DNA of 64,000 nt from Chiloscyllium plagiosum (lineage: Eukaryota), in assembly GCF_004010195.1 (NCBI RefSeq), contig NC_057756.1, positions 9,000,320 through 9,064,319 of the forward strand. Reading direction: 5' to 3'. A program made the translations under genes and the position numbers. This document shows, piece after piece, positions 25,841-37,445 of the stretch (the first letter of the stretch is position 1; each line of letters opens with the position of its first letter). The notes beneath the pieces were generated by a model that saw only the letters and a program-made list of their open reading frames with translations, ran no database searches and was not told where the DNA came from.

Positions 25841-27869
25841 GATCTAACACTCCCCCAATTGAGTTATTTCTGCTGACCACCGAACTCCGTTTACAGCTGC
25901 ATCATTTGATGAAAGGTCATTTAGCTTGAAACATTAATGCGGTTTATTTCCACAGGTGCTGTCTGACCTGTGAGTGTTTCTAGCTCTTTATGTCCAGAAG
26001 CCATCTGCTGGAAGTCGGTTAACAGATAAAAATTGGAACTCTTCATTAATAGCCCCTTAATTTCTCACTCTGAGAAATGACACAGCTTTTACGCACTGAT
26101 GATCCTCTACTCAAACTCCCTTGTGCCACTTTTGATGGTCATCATTTGAAACTCTTAAGGGTCTTGTCAGTAAGATTCTGATTTAGCTTTTGGGAAAATT
26201 TGGTCAGATGTTCCAATCAGCTGAGGTACCAAATAATTCTGAGTTTCCCCAAAATCTCTACACATGACAAATTGAGGAACTTCATTCATTGTATTTCGTT
26301 TGTTGACTCGATTATATATATTCAGCTGGGAGACGCCTGTGGGAGTCAACAAAAAATATTGTTTCTGCTCAGAACTGGTTTTTAGTTTCATAAGCATCAG
26401 CAGTGAAACTGAAGCACTGGGTTTTAATACTCTCCATTTGAAGTATTTGAAAGAAAATAAGATGAGGTGCTTCTACTCCAGGTGAGTTATTTATCTGCTA
26501 AAACATAAATGTTAATTGTTAGATTTGCTCAGGTGAACTCCTGATTTTATATTCCAGTATATTTTGTGTAGGCTGACAATATTTTATCAAATGCCAAATT
26601 TTGGTTGGGAAATTACCAAAGTTTACAGCAGAAAAGATGCTATTTGGCCCATCATGTTTGCGCCAGTCATCAGTGTTCACTATGGGGTGTTCTATTCATT
26701 TTGTATTTAGTTTATCACCGTTAACCATGAAATAGGGGCTCCATCAGAATCATTGACAGATACAACAGAGGAGAAGGCAATTCAGCCAATCAGAACCTGT
26801 GCCAGGTCTGTCCAATTAATTTCATCCTTCCTCCCCTAACTCTTTCCATCATAGCCCTGAACTTATCTTCTCTTTGAGTATTTCTCCAATGCTCCCGCTT
26901 TGGAAAATTCCTGTTGAATCAGCATCCACCTCCTCTAAGGTGGTTCCAGATCACAACAAGGAAAAACATATTCTCCTTAAACCCCCTTCTGGTTGTTTTG
27001 CAGCTCCCTTCAATCTGTGTCTCTCTGATAATGACGCTCCTGTCACTGGAAATAGCGTGTCACTATTTACTCTGTCAACACCTTTCATGTTTTTGAACAA
27101 CATGATTAAATCTCCCTTTTTACCTTCTCTGTGCTGATGAGAAGAATCCTAGTTTTTCCGGTCACTGAAGTAATATAAATTAGGTAAATAAAGTAAATCA
27201 AGAAACGTAATACTGGGAGGAAAACTACTTTGTTTAAATAATTCAGACCATGAATGTCCATTTTTTCACAGTAAACCCCAAGTCCAACCCCACTGTCTAA
27301 CTCATCGCACACTTTCTTTAATATACCACCCAGCCTAATCCTACTCACCCTCTCGATCCCTATAACCTTTAATATTCCATCCAGCCTACATCCACTCATC
27401 CCTCACTCCCCATTCCATTTCATATTACACCTAACCTAATCCCACTCTCTCTGACTCATTGCCCCAGTTTAATCTGACTCTCCCCCTCTCCCCCATACTC
27501 TTTAATATCGTAAACACTCTCTCGCTCCTTACAGCCTGTAATATTCATCCAATCTGATGCCATTCTCCCTTCTTAGCCCCCATGCCATTTAATAAGTCAT
27601 TTAGTTTGATCCTCACTCCCTGTAAACTTTAACATCCTGTTCTAATTCCATTCACCCCTCACATTCCATGCCCATTAATATCTCAGTCAGTCTAATACTA
27701 TTTTCCTGTTGATTGTCCACATATCTTTTAATATTATATTTGTTTGTAGCAACCATCTTATTCCTTTTTATTTGTGGTATTTCCATAACAGAATATAGCA
27801 GAGAATCTTAGAATTGATCACCTTATGTGTAGAAGAACCTGTTAACATTTTTCTAACCTTAGTGATTTT

Positions 27870-28035
27870 TGTGACGATTTGTAGCTCAGGCTGATGATAA
27901 GCCTGTAAGTTTGCTCGCTGAGCTGGAAGGTTTGTTTTCAGACGTTGCGTCACCATACTAGGTAGCATCATCAGTGAGAGTCTCCAGTGAAACGTTCGAA
28001 AGCGAACCTTCAAGCTCAGCAAGCAAACTCATAGA
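27870..28035 (-). mobile_element. Penelope-type terminal repeat (family C), partly folded back
   Basis: Minus strand CTGATGA-TGCTACC-TAGTAT-GGTGAC-GCAAC-GTC; inverted ttgctcgctgagct / agctcagcaagcaa; related piece at 31890-31960. Confidence 0.65.
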
Positions 28036-28260
28036 CTTATTTTTCTAACCTGTTGTATATCCAGGATTCCATTTTATCTGTTCTTAATATAAAAGTCAGC
28101 AAGTGTGTGTGTGTGTGAGAGAGAAAACATGTCAGGAAGGGATGGGATCAAGTTTGATTGCAATGCTTCCTGTAGTGACAGACCCAGTGAATACTCTAAA
28201 CTTACGAAATAGCTGCCACTTGAGCATGATTCTTGATAATATATTTCTTTGCCTGGAGCA

Positions 28261-28309
28261 TGTATATGTTCATATTGACACCAGATCTGTGTCAATATGA
28301 ACATATACA
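28261..28309. repeat. Perfect 21-bp inverted repeat with 7-nt loop
   Basis: TGTATATGTTCATATTGACAC-CAGATCT-GTGTCAATATGAACATATACA. Confidence 0.95.
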
Positions 28310-29432
28310 AATATTGAGAGTATGTTTAAAAATTCAGTACTGGGGCTTGGGTGCGGATTATTTGTCCAATGGGACTTTCAGTTACTGTATAGAGACTGGA
28401 GTTGTTCACCTTGGAACAGAGAAAGTCAATCCAAAACGTAATGGAGGTCTTCAAAATCATAAAGAGTTTTGATACAGTAAATTAGGAGAAGTAGCAGGAA
28501 GGTCAGTAAGCAGAGGGGGACAGTCTGAAGATATTATGAACCAGAGGAGGAAATGTGAATCATGTTGACACAGTGTCATATAGTGATCCAGAATACACAA
28601 AGGGATTTGAAAACAAGGTTTACAAGGGTGTTAATCCCAGGGCAGAGACTTGGGGATGGATTTTCGACAAATGTATGTGGGAGCAGGAAGAACTCAAGGA
28701 CTGTTTGTCCCCCTGTTTTGCATAATTCCCTGATTCGATCTCCAATCCAGAATCACACAGAGACAAAGTATTGCAGAACCTCTTCTGGCAGTTAGAGAAA
28801 GCTGCAGTTGTGTGCTAAAAACAGCAAGTGAAAGATTATTCAAAGATCAAATGGTTCCAGGCTTGAAGAAGCCTTTCGACTCTCTAGAATAGAAACATAG
28901 CTAGTTAAAATGCCCCATCCTTTCCACATAATCTTATATCTCTCAGGCACTGCATTCCAGATCTTAACCACTTTCTGCAAAACAAATTTATTCTCAAGTT
29001 GCTGTTGTTTGAGTGACCAATCTCCCTAACTCTGTGATTCTGTTTGTCAGTCTTTCATCCAGTGGGAACAGTTTCTCCATCTCTACTTTGTCCAGCGCCT
29101 TATGATTTTCAACACCTCAATCAAAACCCTGGTCAACCTTCTCCTCCCCAAGCAGAACATCCTAATTTCTTCAATTTATCAAAATACCTTAACGCTTCTT
29201 ATCTGTGGAACCATTCTCGTGAATCTTTTCTGCAGCTTCACTAATGTCCTTCCTAAAGTGCAGTGCTGGAACTGGATATACAAGTGTTGTATAAACGTTC
29301 ATAGCAACCTCCTTACTTTTGTAGTTTATAACTCTTGTATAAAGCCCAGGGTTACAGCTGTTTTTGTAATCACTTGTCCTGCAACCTTCAAGGATATTAT
29401 ACATGCAGAGGGAGTTCCCTCTGTTTTTGGAT

Positions 29433-29742
29433 ATTAGATTAGATACAGTGTGGAAACAGGCCCTTCGGCCCAACAAGTCCACACCGACCCACCGAAGCGC
29501 AACCCACCCAGACCCCATTCTCCTACATTTACCCCTTCACCTAACACTATGGGCAATTTAGCTCGGCCAATTCACCTAACCTGCACATTTTTGGACTGTG
29601 GGAGGAAACCGGAGCACCTGGAGGAAACTCACAGAGACACGGGGAGAATGTGCAAACTCCACACAGTCAGTCGCCTGAAGCGGAATTGAACCCAGGTCTC
29701 TGGCGCTGTGAGGCAACAGTGTTAACCACCGTGCCGCCCACA
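29433..29742 (-). mobile_element. HE1-type SINE, full length
   Basis: Reverse complement begins gggcggcacggtggttaacactgttgcctcacagcgcc. Confidence 0.9.
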
Positions 29743-29959
29743 AATCATCCCCTTTACATTGTGTTTCCAAATTCTCTCTAGCAAAATATGCAATGTAAAG
29801 TCTTAACTGCACGTTATTTGTTTCACATTTTTAATTTAATCAGTTGTTTATCTTAGGAAGAATGTCCGAGTGTCTGAGAAGGGAGAGGCAAGAAGGGGAA
29901 CTCACAAGACAGGGTACAAGGCAGGAAGAGTTTAGTATTGAGGGGCTGAATGGTCTCTC

Positions 29960-30480
29960 CCCATTCCTAGAAGGTGAAGATGAGATATCTGGCAGAACTT
30001 AACACACAAACGCCAAGATGAAACTTGTCCAATGCTGAGGAAAGCTCTTCCCATCAACCTTTCTCTGGAGTCACACCCACTCCTTTCCCTGGAAGTTACT
30101 GTGATGGAAAATGGGATGTTATCTGCCTAATGGTGGAATGGACCTTTGCAAGTTAGGCCAGGAGATAGAGACATTGTTTTTGTCAAGATTATTTAAAGTA
30201 ATTCCAAGATGCAGCGTACTGTGCTCTTTGAGTGTTCACCAGGGACACACATCAAGTTAAACATCAACTGCATCTGAAGGACCATCAACTCAATGAAAGA
30301 CACTCTTCGGTCTGCCCAAAACTTGCTGGTATTCCAATGCAAGCTATCTTTCACTATGTGATCCAGATTGACATTTTCTGTTCTAAGTCTACAAGCTGAA
30401 GGACACACCAAAGCTTGGGATAGCCACTGCAGAGGCTCAATGTGAAAAGTTCACTATCTCGGTACAAATAGGGACTGGAA
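29960..30480 (+). mobile_element. Old Tx1 3' remnant
   Basis: acatcaactgc..aggaccatcaactcaatgaaagacactcttcggtctgcccaaaacttgctg matches the Tx1 end at 17900-18120. Confidence 0.7.
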
Positions 30481-30519
30481 ACTGTAGAACCCTTTGGTCT
30501 GTGTGCCTGACAAGAATTG

Positions 30520-31120
30520 CATGGAAGGATATGGGAAGTAGGAAATAGGAGTGGGTCACTTGAATCCTAACGTCTCCACTGTCATTAATTAAGATCAAGG
30601 ATGATGTCCCCAGGCCTCAACTCCTCTTTCATGCCAAGTCTTCGTAGCCCTCAACCCCATAAATTCAAAAATTCATCCAACTCCTCTTTAAATGTTTTTA
30701 ATGATCTAGCTTCCCAAATCTCTGGAATAGAGAATTCCAGACATTCACTACCCTTTCAGAAAAAGAAAATCCTTTGCATCTTAGTTTTAAATGCTTGTCC
30801 CCTTCTTCTGTAATTATGCCCCCTAGGTTGAAAACCTCTCACCAGTGGAAACATCCTCTCAACATTTATCCTGTCAAACCCCATCAGATCTTGCCTCCTC
30901 ATTCTTGTAACCTTTAACGAATAAAGGCCTAAACTGTTTAACTGTTCCAGATAAGTCATCCATTCATCCCAGGAATGAGCCCTTTAAAACTGTCTCCAAT
31001 ACCAGTATATCCTTTCTTAAAAACAGGACCCAAAACTACACACAGTCCTCCAGGTGTGGCCTCACCAACACCCTGTGCAGTTTCAACAGGACTTCCCTAT
31101 TTTTAAATTCCAACTCCTGT
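30520..31120 (-). mobile_element. Old CR1 3' fragment
   Basis: TYLEQLNSLGLYSL...GFDRINVERMFPL...RGHNY. Confidence 0.8.
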
Positions 31121-31399
31121 AAATATCAACAATATGGAAATTTAACAAGGCACCTCTGAGTAGAACATACCATCAAGAGAAAAGTCTGTTTCTATTCCAC
31201 TACACTTAATTTTCAATTTGAAATGATTAGCCCTCAGGTTCTATACCCGGCGTGGAATGTATGCCATGAACATTAAGTACAATTGTTTGGAGTCAGGTTA
31301 AATTTTGTTGCACTTTCTGTAATTTTCAAGTTGTCAAAATGTTTAGTAATATGCTTAATTTTGGCAAAAGGTCCAGTTGAAATGTTCAAAATTATAAAG

Positions 31400-31698
31400 T
31401 TAGAGTAGATTCCCTACAGTATGGAAACAGGCCCTTTCGCCCAACAAGTCCACACTGATCCTCCAAAGAGTAACCCACCCAGATCCATTCCCCCACCCTC
31501 TATTTACCCCTAACTAATGCACCTGACACGATGAGCAAGTTAGCATAGCCAATTTACTTGACCTGCACATCTTTGGACTGTGGGAGAAAACCAGAACACA
31601 CCCATGCAGACACAGACAGTCGCCCGAGGCAGGAATTGAACCTGGATCCCTGGCGCTGTGAGGCAGCAGTGCTAAACACTGAGCCACCATGCCACCCA
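31400..31698 (-). mobile_element. HE1-type SINE
   Basis: Similarity to the other copies. Confidence 0.9.
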
Positions 31699-32609
31699 GC
31701 ATTAGTGATAATGAAACACATGGACTTGAGTATTTGAAAGGAGAAGGCTTAGAACAATACATTCACCGGCTCTAGCTTGAGTTTATACCCGAACTTTGCA
31801 ACATCCATTCTCCCGGTCTCCCCGGTGACCAACTGGAAAGACAGCAGTCTTTTCCTTATCTGATTGGTTGATCTTTAACTCCCCTTCCCAAGTTTTGAGA
31901 AGATTTGTAGCTCAGGTTGAGGTTCTGGACGTCGGTTTGCTCGCTGAGCTGGAAGGTTCATTTGAATTTTCCAAACGAATGAATGAACCTTTGCCTTCCC
32001 AACTCAAACATATTTGGAATTACTAAACAGAAATATTGAAAGAAATGTGTTTTCTAATGCCTCAGGTTTTGCTCCTAGCTCTATCTTGGTGATTAATCTT
32101 CAACTCCTGCAGACTCTAGGACAATCCTAAAGGATTGGAAAGAACATCACCACTTCAGAGCAATGAAGGATGGACAATAAATAGCAGCCTTGTGGTTAAT
32201 GCTTGCATTCTGCACTGAACTGCTGTTATCGTCCAAAGAGTCACGAGTTGTTACAAACTAGTTGTTTTACTATTTTGCAGTTGCATTTGTATTTGGGGAG
32301 CTTGCCCCAAATTGGGGGAACAAGAGGAAGAACATCATCCCAGAAAACATTAATGATTACAGAACTATTCCAAAAAGATCAGTTCTGATGCACTAGGATC
32401 TCAGTGAAAGAATGGCTTGTGCTGGATATTGGCCAGGTCTGGAGAAAAATGAGGAGCACTTGACAGCTGCTTCCTCTAAAGATTGACAGAAGTTTGAATT
32501 GGGAAACTTGTCCTGCTCTACAACGGGTGAGTAAATCATGTTTGTATGCAGATACTTACATGACTTTAATCTGTATGTGAAATGTTGTTATACCCTCAGT
32601 AAATGTGAG

Positions 32610-33150
32610 CCAATCCAAAACTCTGCTGCCCCGTATCCCAAGTCACACAAGTCCCATGCAACACATAGTAGGCCTGCATTGGCTCATGGTCTGGCACTGT
32701 CTACATTTTAAAATTGTCATCCTAGTTTCAAATTCCTCAATTGACCCACCCTAATTCTGTAAAACTCCTCCAACCCCTACGACCATCTGCATCTCTGTAG
32801 CTTCTTCAAGCCCCTACACTGCACCCAATTTCAGTAACTTGCTGCAGTCCCTTCAATGTACCCTATCCCTGTGATCTTCTCAATCCCTAACAGCCTCCAG
32901 ATCACTACCCTCTCCAATTCTGGCCTCTTGCACAATTCCTGATTTCCAACACTTCGCCAGTAGTGGCTATGACTTTATCACTTGTAGGTCCTAAGTCCTG
33001 GAATACCCTTCCTCATCTACTCTTCCAGTACAGTCTCCTGCACTAAGACACTCCTTAAACCTATCCATTTTGCCAAGTTTTAGGCACTTGTCCTAATGCC
33101 TTCTAATGTGATGTGGTGTCAGAATGTATTTGATTATATTGTAGGAACAT
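32610..33150 (+). mobile_element. L2-type LINE 3' remnant
   Basis: caaaactctgctgccccgtatcc...ttttaaaattgtcatcctagttttcaaattcctc...ctccaattctggcctcttg. Confidence 0.65.
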
Positions 33151-34863
33151 TAAAATATTCTTCTCAGCTATACTCTATCTCTCCTTCTGACAACTGTCTG
33201 AGATTAAGATAATCTGTTGGAAATGTTGCAATTTTTAGTTAATCAAATTTAAATTCCTCCAGCAACTATGATGAGATTTGAACCCACATGCCCCAAGGCC
33301 ACTTCCCTGGGTTTCTGGATTTAAATAGTCCAACTTATTTGCCACTTATAGCACCATCCTTCCTAATTGACTGTCTAGACATATAATGTGCTAAGTGAAT
33401 ATAAATTGTTGCTGCTAATGTTTTTTTTAATGTAACACCTGGTAACATTTTGTATTATATTAAAAATACAAAGATGGGAACTTACTGTTGTTGTTGCTGG
33501 AGGGAAGGAGGTTACACTCATTGTTGGAGGTGCTTTTGAAAGACAAGTTGTTGTTGTCATGGTTATCTGGGTGAAATGACGCCTCCGGCCAGAGGTTGTG
33601 CTGCAACCTGGTCTGGGTACCTGCCATTCTTCAGTCAGCCACTAGATGGGAGCAGCTCACTAGATGGGAGAAGTCAATTAACACCTTGCTGATTTCCTTT
33701 AAAACAGTTAATCTTTGTCCCTTTCAACTTGTAAACAGTTTACTCCAGAGAGAAAAAAATTGCTGAGCCTATCAAAGCCTGAAAAGTTGTTAAAGTTTTG
33801 ATGTTTACAATATCATAGAGCCCCAAGTATTAGAAATCCCTTCCTTATTCACTCTACCTGTATTATCCCCTCCTTGAAGATGCTCCTCATACAAATTATT
33901 TGAGTAAAGTTTTAGGCACTTGTCTTTATCCCACCTTATGTGACTCACTGTCAGATTTTGGCTGATTAAACTTTGGGAAGATCAAACCATTCTTATCAGA
34001 GCCGTGATCCAAGTACCATTCTCTGGCTCTACTATCTCCATCCCTCTATTACAATACAACTGGGTTGTGAATGTTGTTGTGGCAATGTTTCTGTGAAACA
34101 TGTTGGGGCATTTTATGTTGAGTGAAGAGCACAGTAAATGAGAGCAATGGTGCTGCTCCTCAAATTGCTCCAGGAAGTCATGTTCTTGTCCATGTTGTTG
34201 TTGCTAATAAACGTCAAATTGTTGCTGTGGTTCTCTGGGTAAAATGTTACCTACAGTCTGATCCAGATACCTTCCATTCTTCAGACAGCTTCTAGGGACA
34301 GATAGAACAGCTTCTGTGAATATTCTGTTCCTCTTCCCTCTCTGATTCCCCTTTGGATCACACTGGCCTCTCCATTACAGGTGGTGCAAATGTACATTAT
34401 CCTGTTTCCTTACATACAGTGTCACATTTTCAAACTCAACATTTACCTTCCATTCCTAATGAATTTGGAATTGAACCTCTACTTCTAGAAACATAACTCA
34501 AACTAAATCGAACACACTGATCACCCCTGAATTGAGTTATTGAATTTAGCTCCTGGTATGCCTCCTTTATTAAAGTTTGCATCCTTGTTTTCATAGCACT
34601 CCCTCTTCAGTCTTCCTTATTTCTGTAATCTCACCAGACCTGTAACCCTCCCGATCACTGTAATCTCTCCCGTCTCGAGATCCCTCCCTACTTCTGAACC
34701 TCCTTCAGCCCCTACAATATTTCCTATCTCGAACTCCTACACATCTCCCTGACTCTGTAATCTCCTCCAGCATCTACATCCCTTCATACCTCTGTAATCT
34801 CCTTCAGGCCGAAAACTCCTCCCTATTTCTGTAACCACCTCCAGCACCTACAATCTATTATCT

Positions 34864-36836
34864 AGAGAAATCGTACGACTAGCCAAGAGGAGAAGGGAAG
34901 CATACATAAGATCCAGGCAGCTAAGAACAGAACGGGCGCTGGAGGAATATCAGAAGAGTAGAACCAGTCTTAAACGAGGAATCATGCAGGCTAAAAGGGG
35001 TCATGAAATAGCTTTAGCGAGCAGAATTAAGGAGAATCCCAAAGCCTTTTATTCTTATATAAGAAGCAAGTAGGTAACTAGAGAAAAGATTGGTCCACTA
35101 AGGGGTAATGAAGGAAGGCTGTGTGTCGAGTCTGAGGGAATGGGTGAGATCCTGAATGATTACTTTGCATCAGTGTTCACTGAGGAGAGGAACATGATGA
35201 ATGTTGAGATTAGAGATAGAAGTTTGATAAATCTGGATCACGTTGACATAAGTAGGGAAGATGTGTTGGGTAGGCTAGAGGTTATTAAGGTGAATAAATT
35301 CCCAGGACCAGATGGGAATTCCCAGGACCAGACGAGACAGGAAATAGCTGGGCCCTTGACAGATATCTTTGTAACATCCTTAAAGACAGGTGAGGTGCCG
35401 GAGGACTACAGGGTTGCTCATGTTGTCCCCCTGTAAAGGAAGGGTAGTAGGGATATTCCAGGTAAATACAGACCAGTGAGCCTGACGTCAGTGGTGGGAA
35501 AGTTGCTGAAGAAGGTACTGAGGGATAGGATCTATTTATATTTAGAAAAGAATGGTCTTTTCAGTGATAGGCAACATGGTTTTGTGCGGGGTAGATCATG
35601 CCTTACCAACTTAATAGAGTTCTTCGAGGAAGTGACCAAATTGATAGATGAAGGAAGGGCTGTTGATGTCATACATTGACTTTAGTAAGGCATTTGATAA
35701 GATTCCCATGGTAGACTAATGGAGAAAGTGAAGTCATATGGTTTGCAGATTATTCTAGCTAGGTGGATAAAGAACTGGTTCAGCAACAGGAGACAGAGAG
35801 TAGTAGTTGAAGGGAGTTTCTCGAAATGGAGAAAGGTGACCAGTGGTGTTCCACAGGGGTCAGTATTGGGGCCACTGTTGTTTGTAATATACATAAGTGA
35901 TCTGGAAGAGGGCACTGTTGGTATGATCAGCAAGTTTACAGATGACACGAAGATTGGTGGAGTAGCAGAAAGCATAAGGGACTTTCAAAGAATACAGGAG
36001 GATATAGATAGACTAGAGAGTTGGGCGGAAAAGTGGCAGATGGTGTTCAATCCAGGGAAATGTGAGGTGATGCATTTTGAGAAGTCTAATTCTATAGAGA
36101 AGTCTAATTATATAGTAAACGGAAGAGACTTGGGAAAAGTTGATGAGCAGGGAGATGTGGGAGTTCAGGTCCATGTATCCTGAAGGTGGCTGCACAGGTG
36201 GATAGAATGGTCAAGAAGGCATATGGTATGCTTGTCTTCATCGGACGGGGTATTGAGTATAAGAACTGGCAGGTCATGTTAAAGTTGTACAAGATGTTGG
36301 TTCGGGCCGCATTTAGAATTACCAAAGGGATGTGGATGCTTTGGAGAGGGTACAGAGAAGGTTTACGAGGATGTTGCCTGGGATGGAAGGTGCTAGCTAT
36401 GAACAGAGGTTGAGTAGGTTAGGATTGTTTTCATTAGAAAAAAGGAGATTGAGTGGGCACCTGTTTGAGGTTTACAAAATCATGAAGGGTATAGAGAGGG
36501 TGGATAGAGATAAGCTTTTTCCCAGAATGAAGGATTCAATAACGAGAGTCACGCGTTCAAAATGAGAGGTGAGAAGTTTAAGGGGGATACACTGGGCAAG
36601 TACTTCACACTGAGAGTGGTAGGTGCCTGGAACGCGTTGCCAGCAGAGGTAGTAGAGGCAGGCACGGTAGATTCATTTAAGATGCATCTGGACAGATGCA
36701 TGAGTAGGTGGGGAGCAGAGGGATACAGATCCTTAGGAATTGGGCAACATGTTTAGACAGGGGATTCGATTGGCACAGGCTTGGAGGGCCGAAGGGCCTG
36801 TTCCTGGGCTGTACATTTTCTTTGTTCTTTGTTCTT
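34864..36836 (+). mobile_element. 5'-truncated CR1 ORF2, present in copy 1 only
   Basis: RT motifs (YRPVSLTSVVGK, GVPQGSVLGP, KFTDDTK); gttcttt tail; TTATCT duplicated; empty site at about 39764. Confidence 0.92.
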
Positions 36837-37152
36837 TTATCTCTGTAACGTAATCTGCTTGAAGTGAAATAGTACCATGCACAAATGTCATAGAGTCATA
36901 GAGATGTACAGCATGGAAACAGACCCTTCGGCCCAACTCGATATCCCAACCTCAGCTTGTCCCATTTGCCAGCACTTGGCTCATATCCCTCTAAATCCTG
37001 CCTGTTCTAATACCCATCCAGATGCCTTTTAAATGTTGCAAAACCTGGTAACATTTTGTATTATATTAAAAATACAAAGATGGGAAATTACTGCTGTTGT
37101 TGCTGTAGGGAAGGAGGTTACTCTCATTGTTGGAGGTGCTTTTGAAAGACAA

Positions 37153-37445
37153 GTGGTTAGCACTGCTGCCTCGCAGCACCAGGGTCCCAGGTTCGATTCC
37201 AGCGTCAGACGAATGTCTGTGTGGAGTTTGCACATTCTCCCCGTCTCTGTGTGGGTTTGCTCCGGTTTCCTCTCACAGTCCAAAGATGTGCAGGTCAGGT
37301 GAATTAGCCATGCTAAATTGCCCATAGTGTTAGGTGCTTTAGTCAGAGGGCAATAGGTCTGGGTGGGTTACTCTTCGGAGTGTCGGTGTGGACTTGCTGG
37401 GTGAAGGGCCTGTTTCCACTCTGTAGTGAATCTAATCTATAAAAA
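37153..37445 (+). mobile_element. HE1-type SINE, present in copy 2 only
   Basis: Empty site agacaagttgttgttgtcatgg at about 33541. Confidence 0.9.

Noticed and set aside
26296..26354. miRNA-like hairpin TTTGTTGACTC...GAGTCAACAAA
   Set aside because: Only an 11-bp stem with a large, poorly paired loop and no recognisable mature miRNA.
33484..33560. Mucin-like Thr-rich exon MTTTTCLSKAPPT with GTAAGT donor (minus strand)
   Set aside because: The Thr runs come from (GTT)n L2-type tails, and the paralogous copy is interrupted by a SINE and has a weaker donor.
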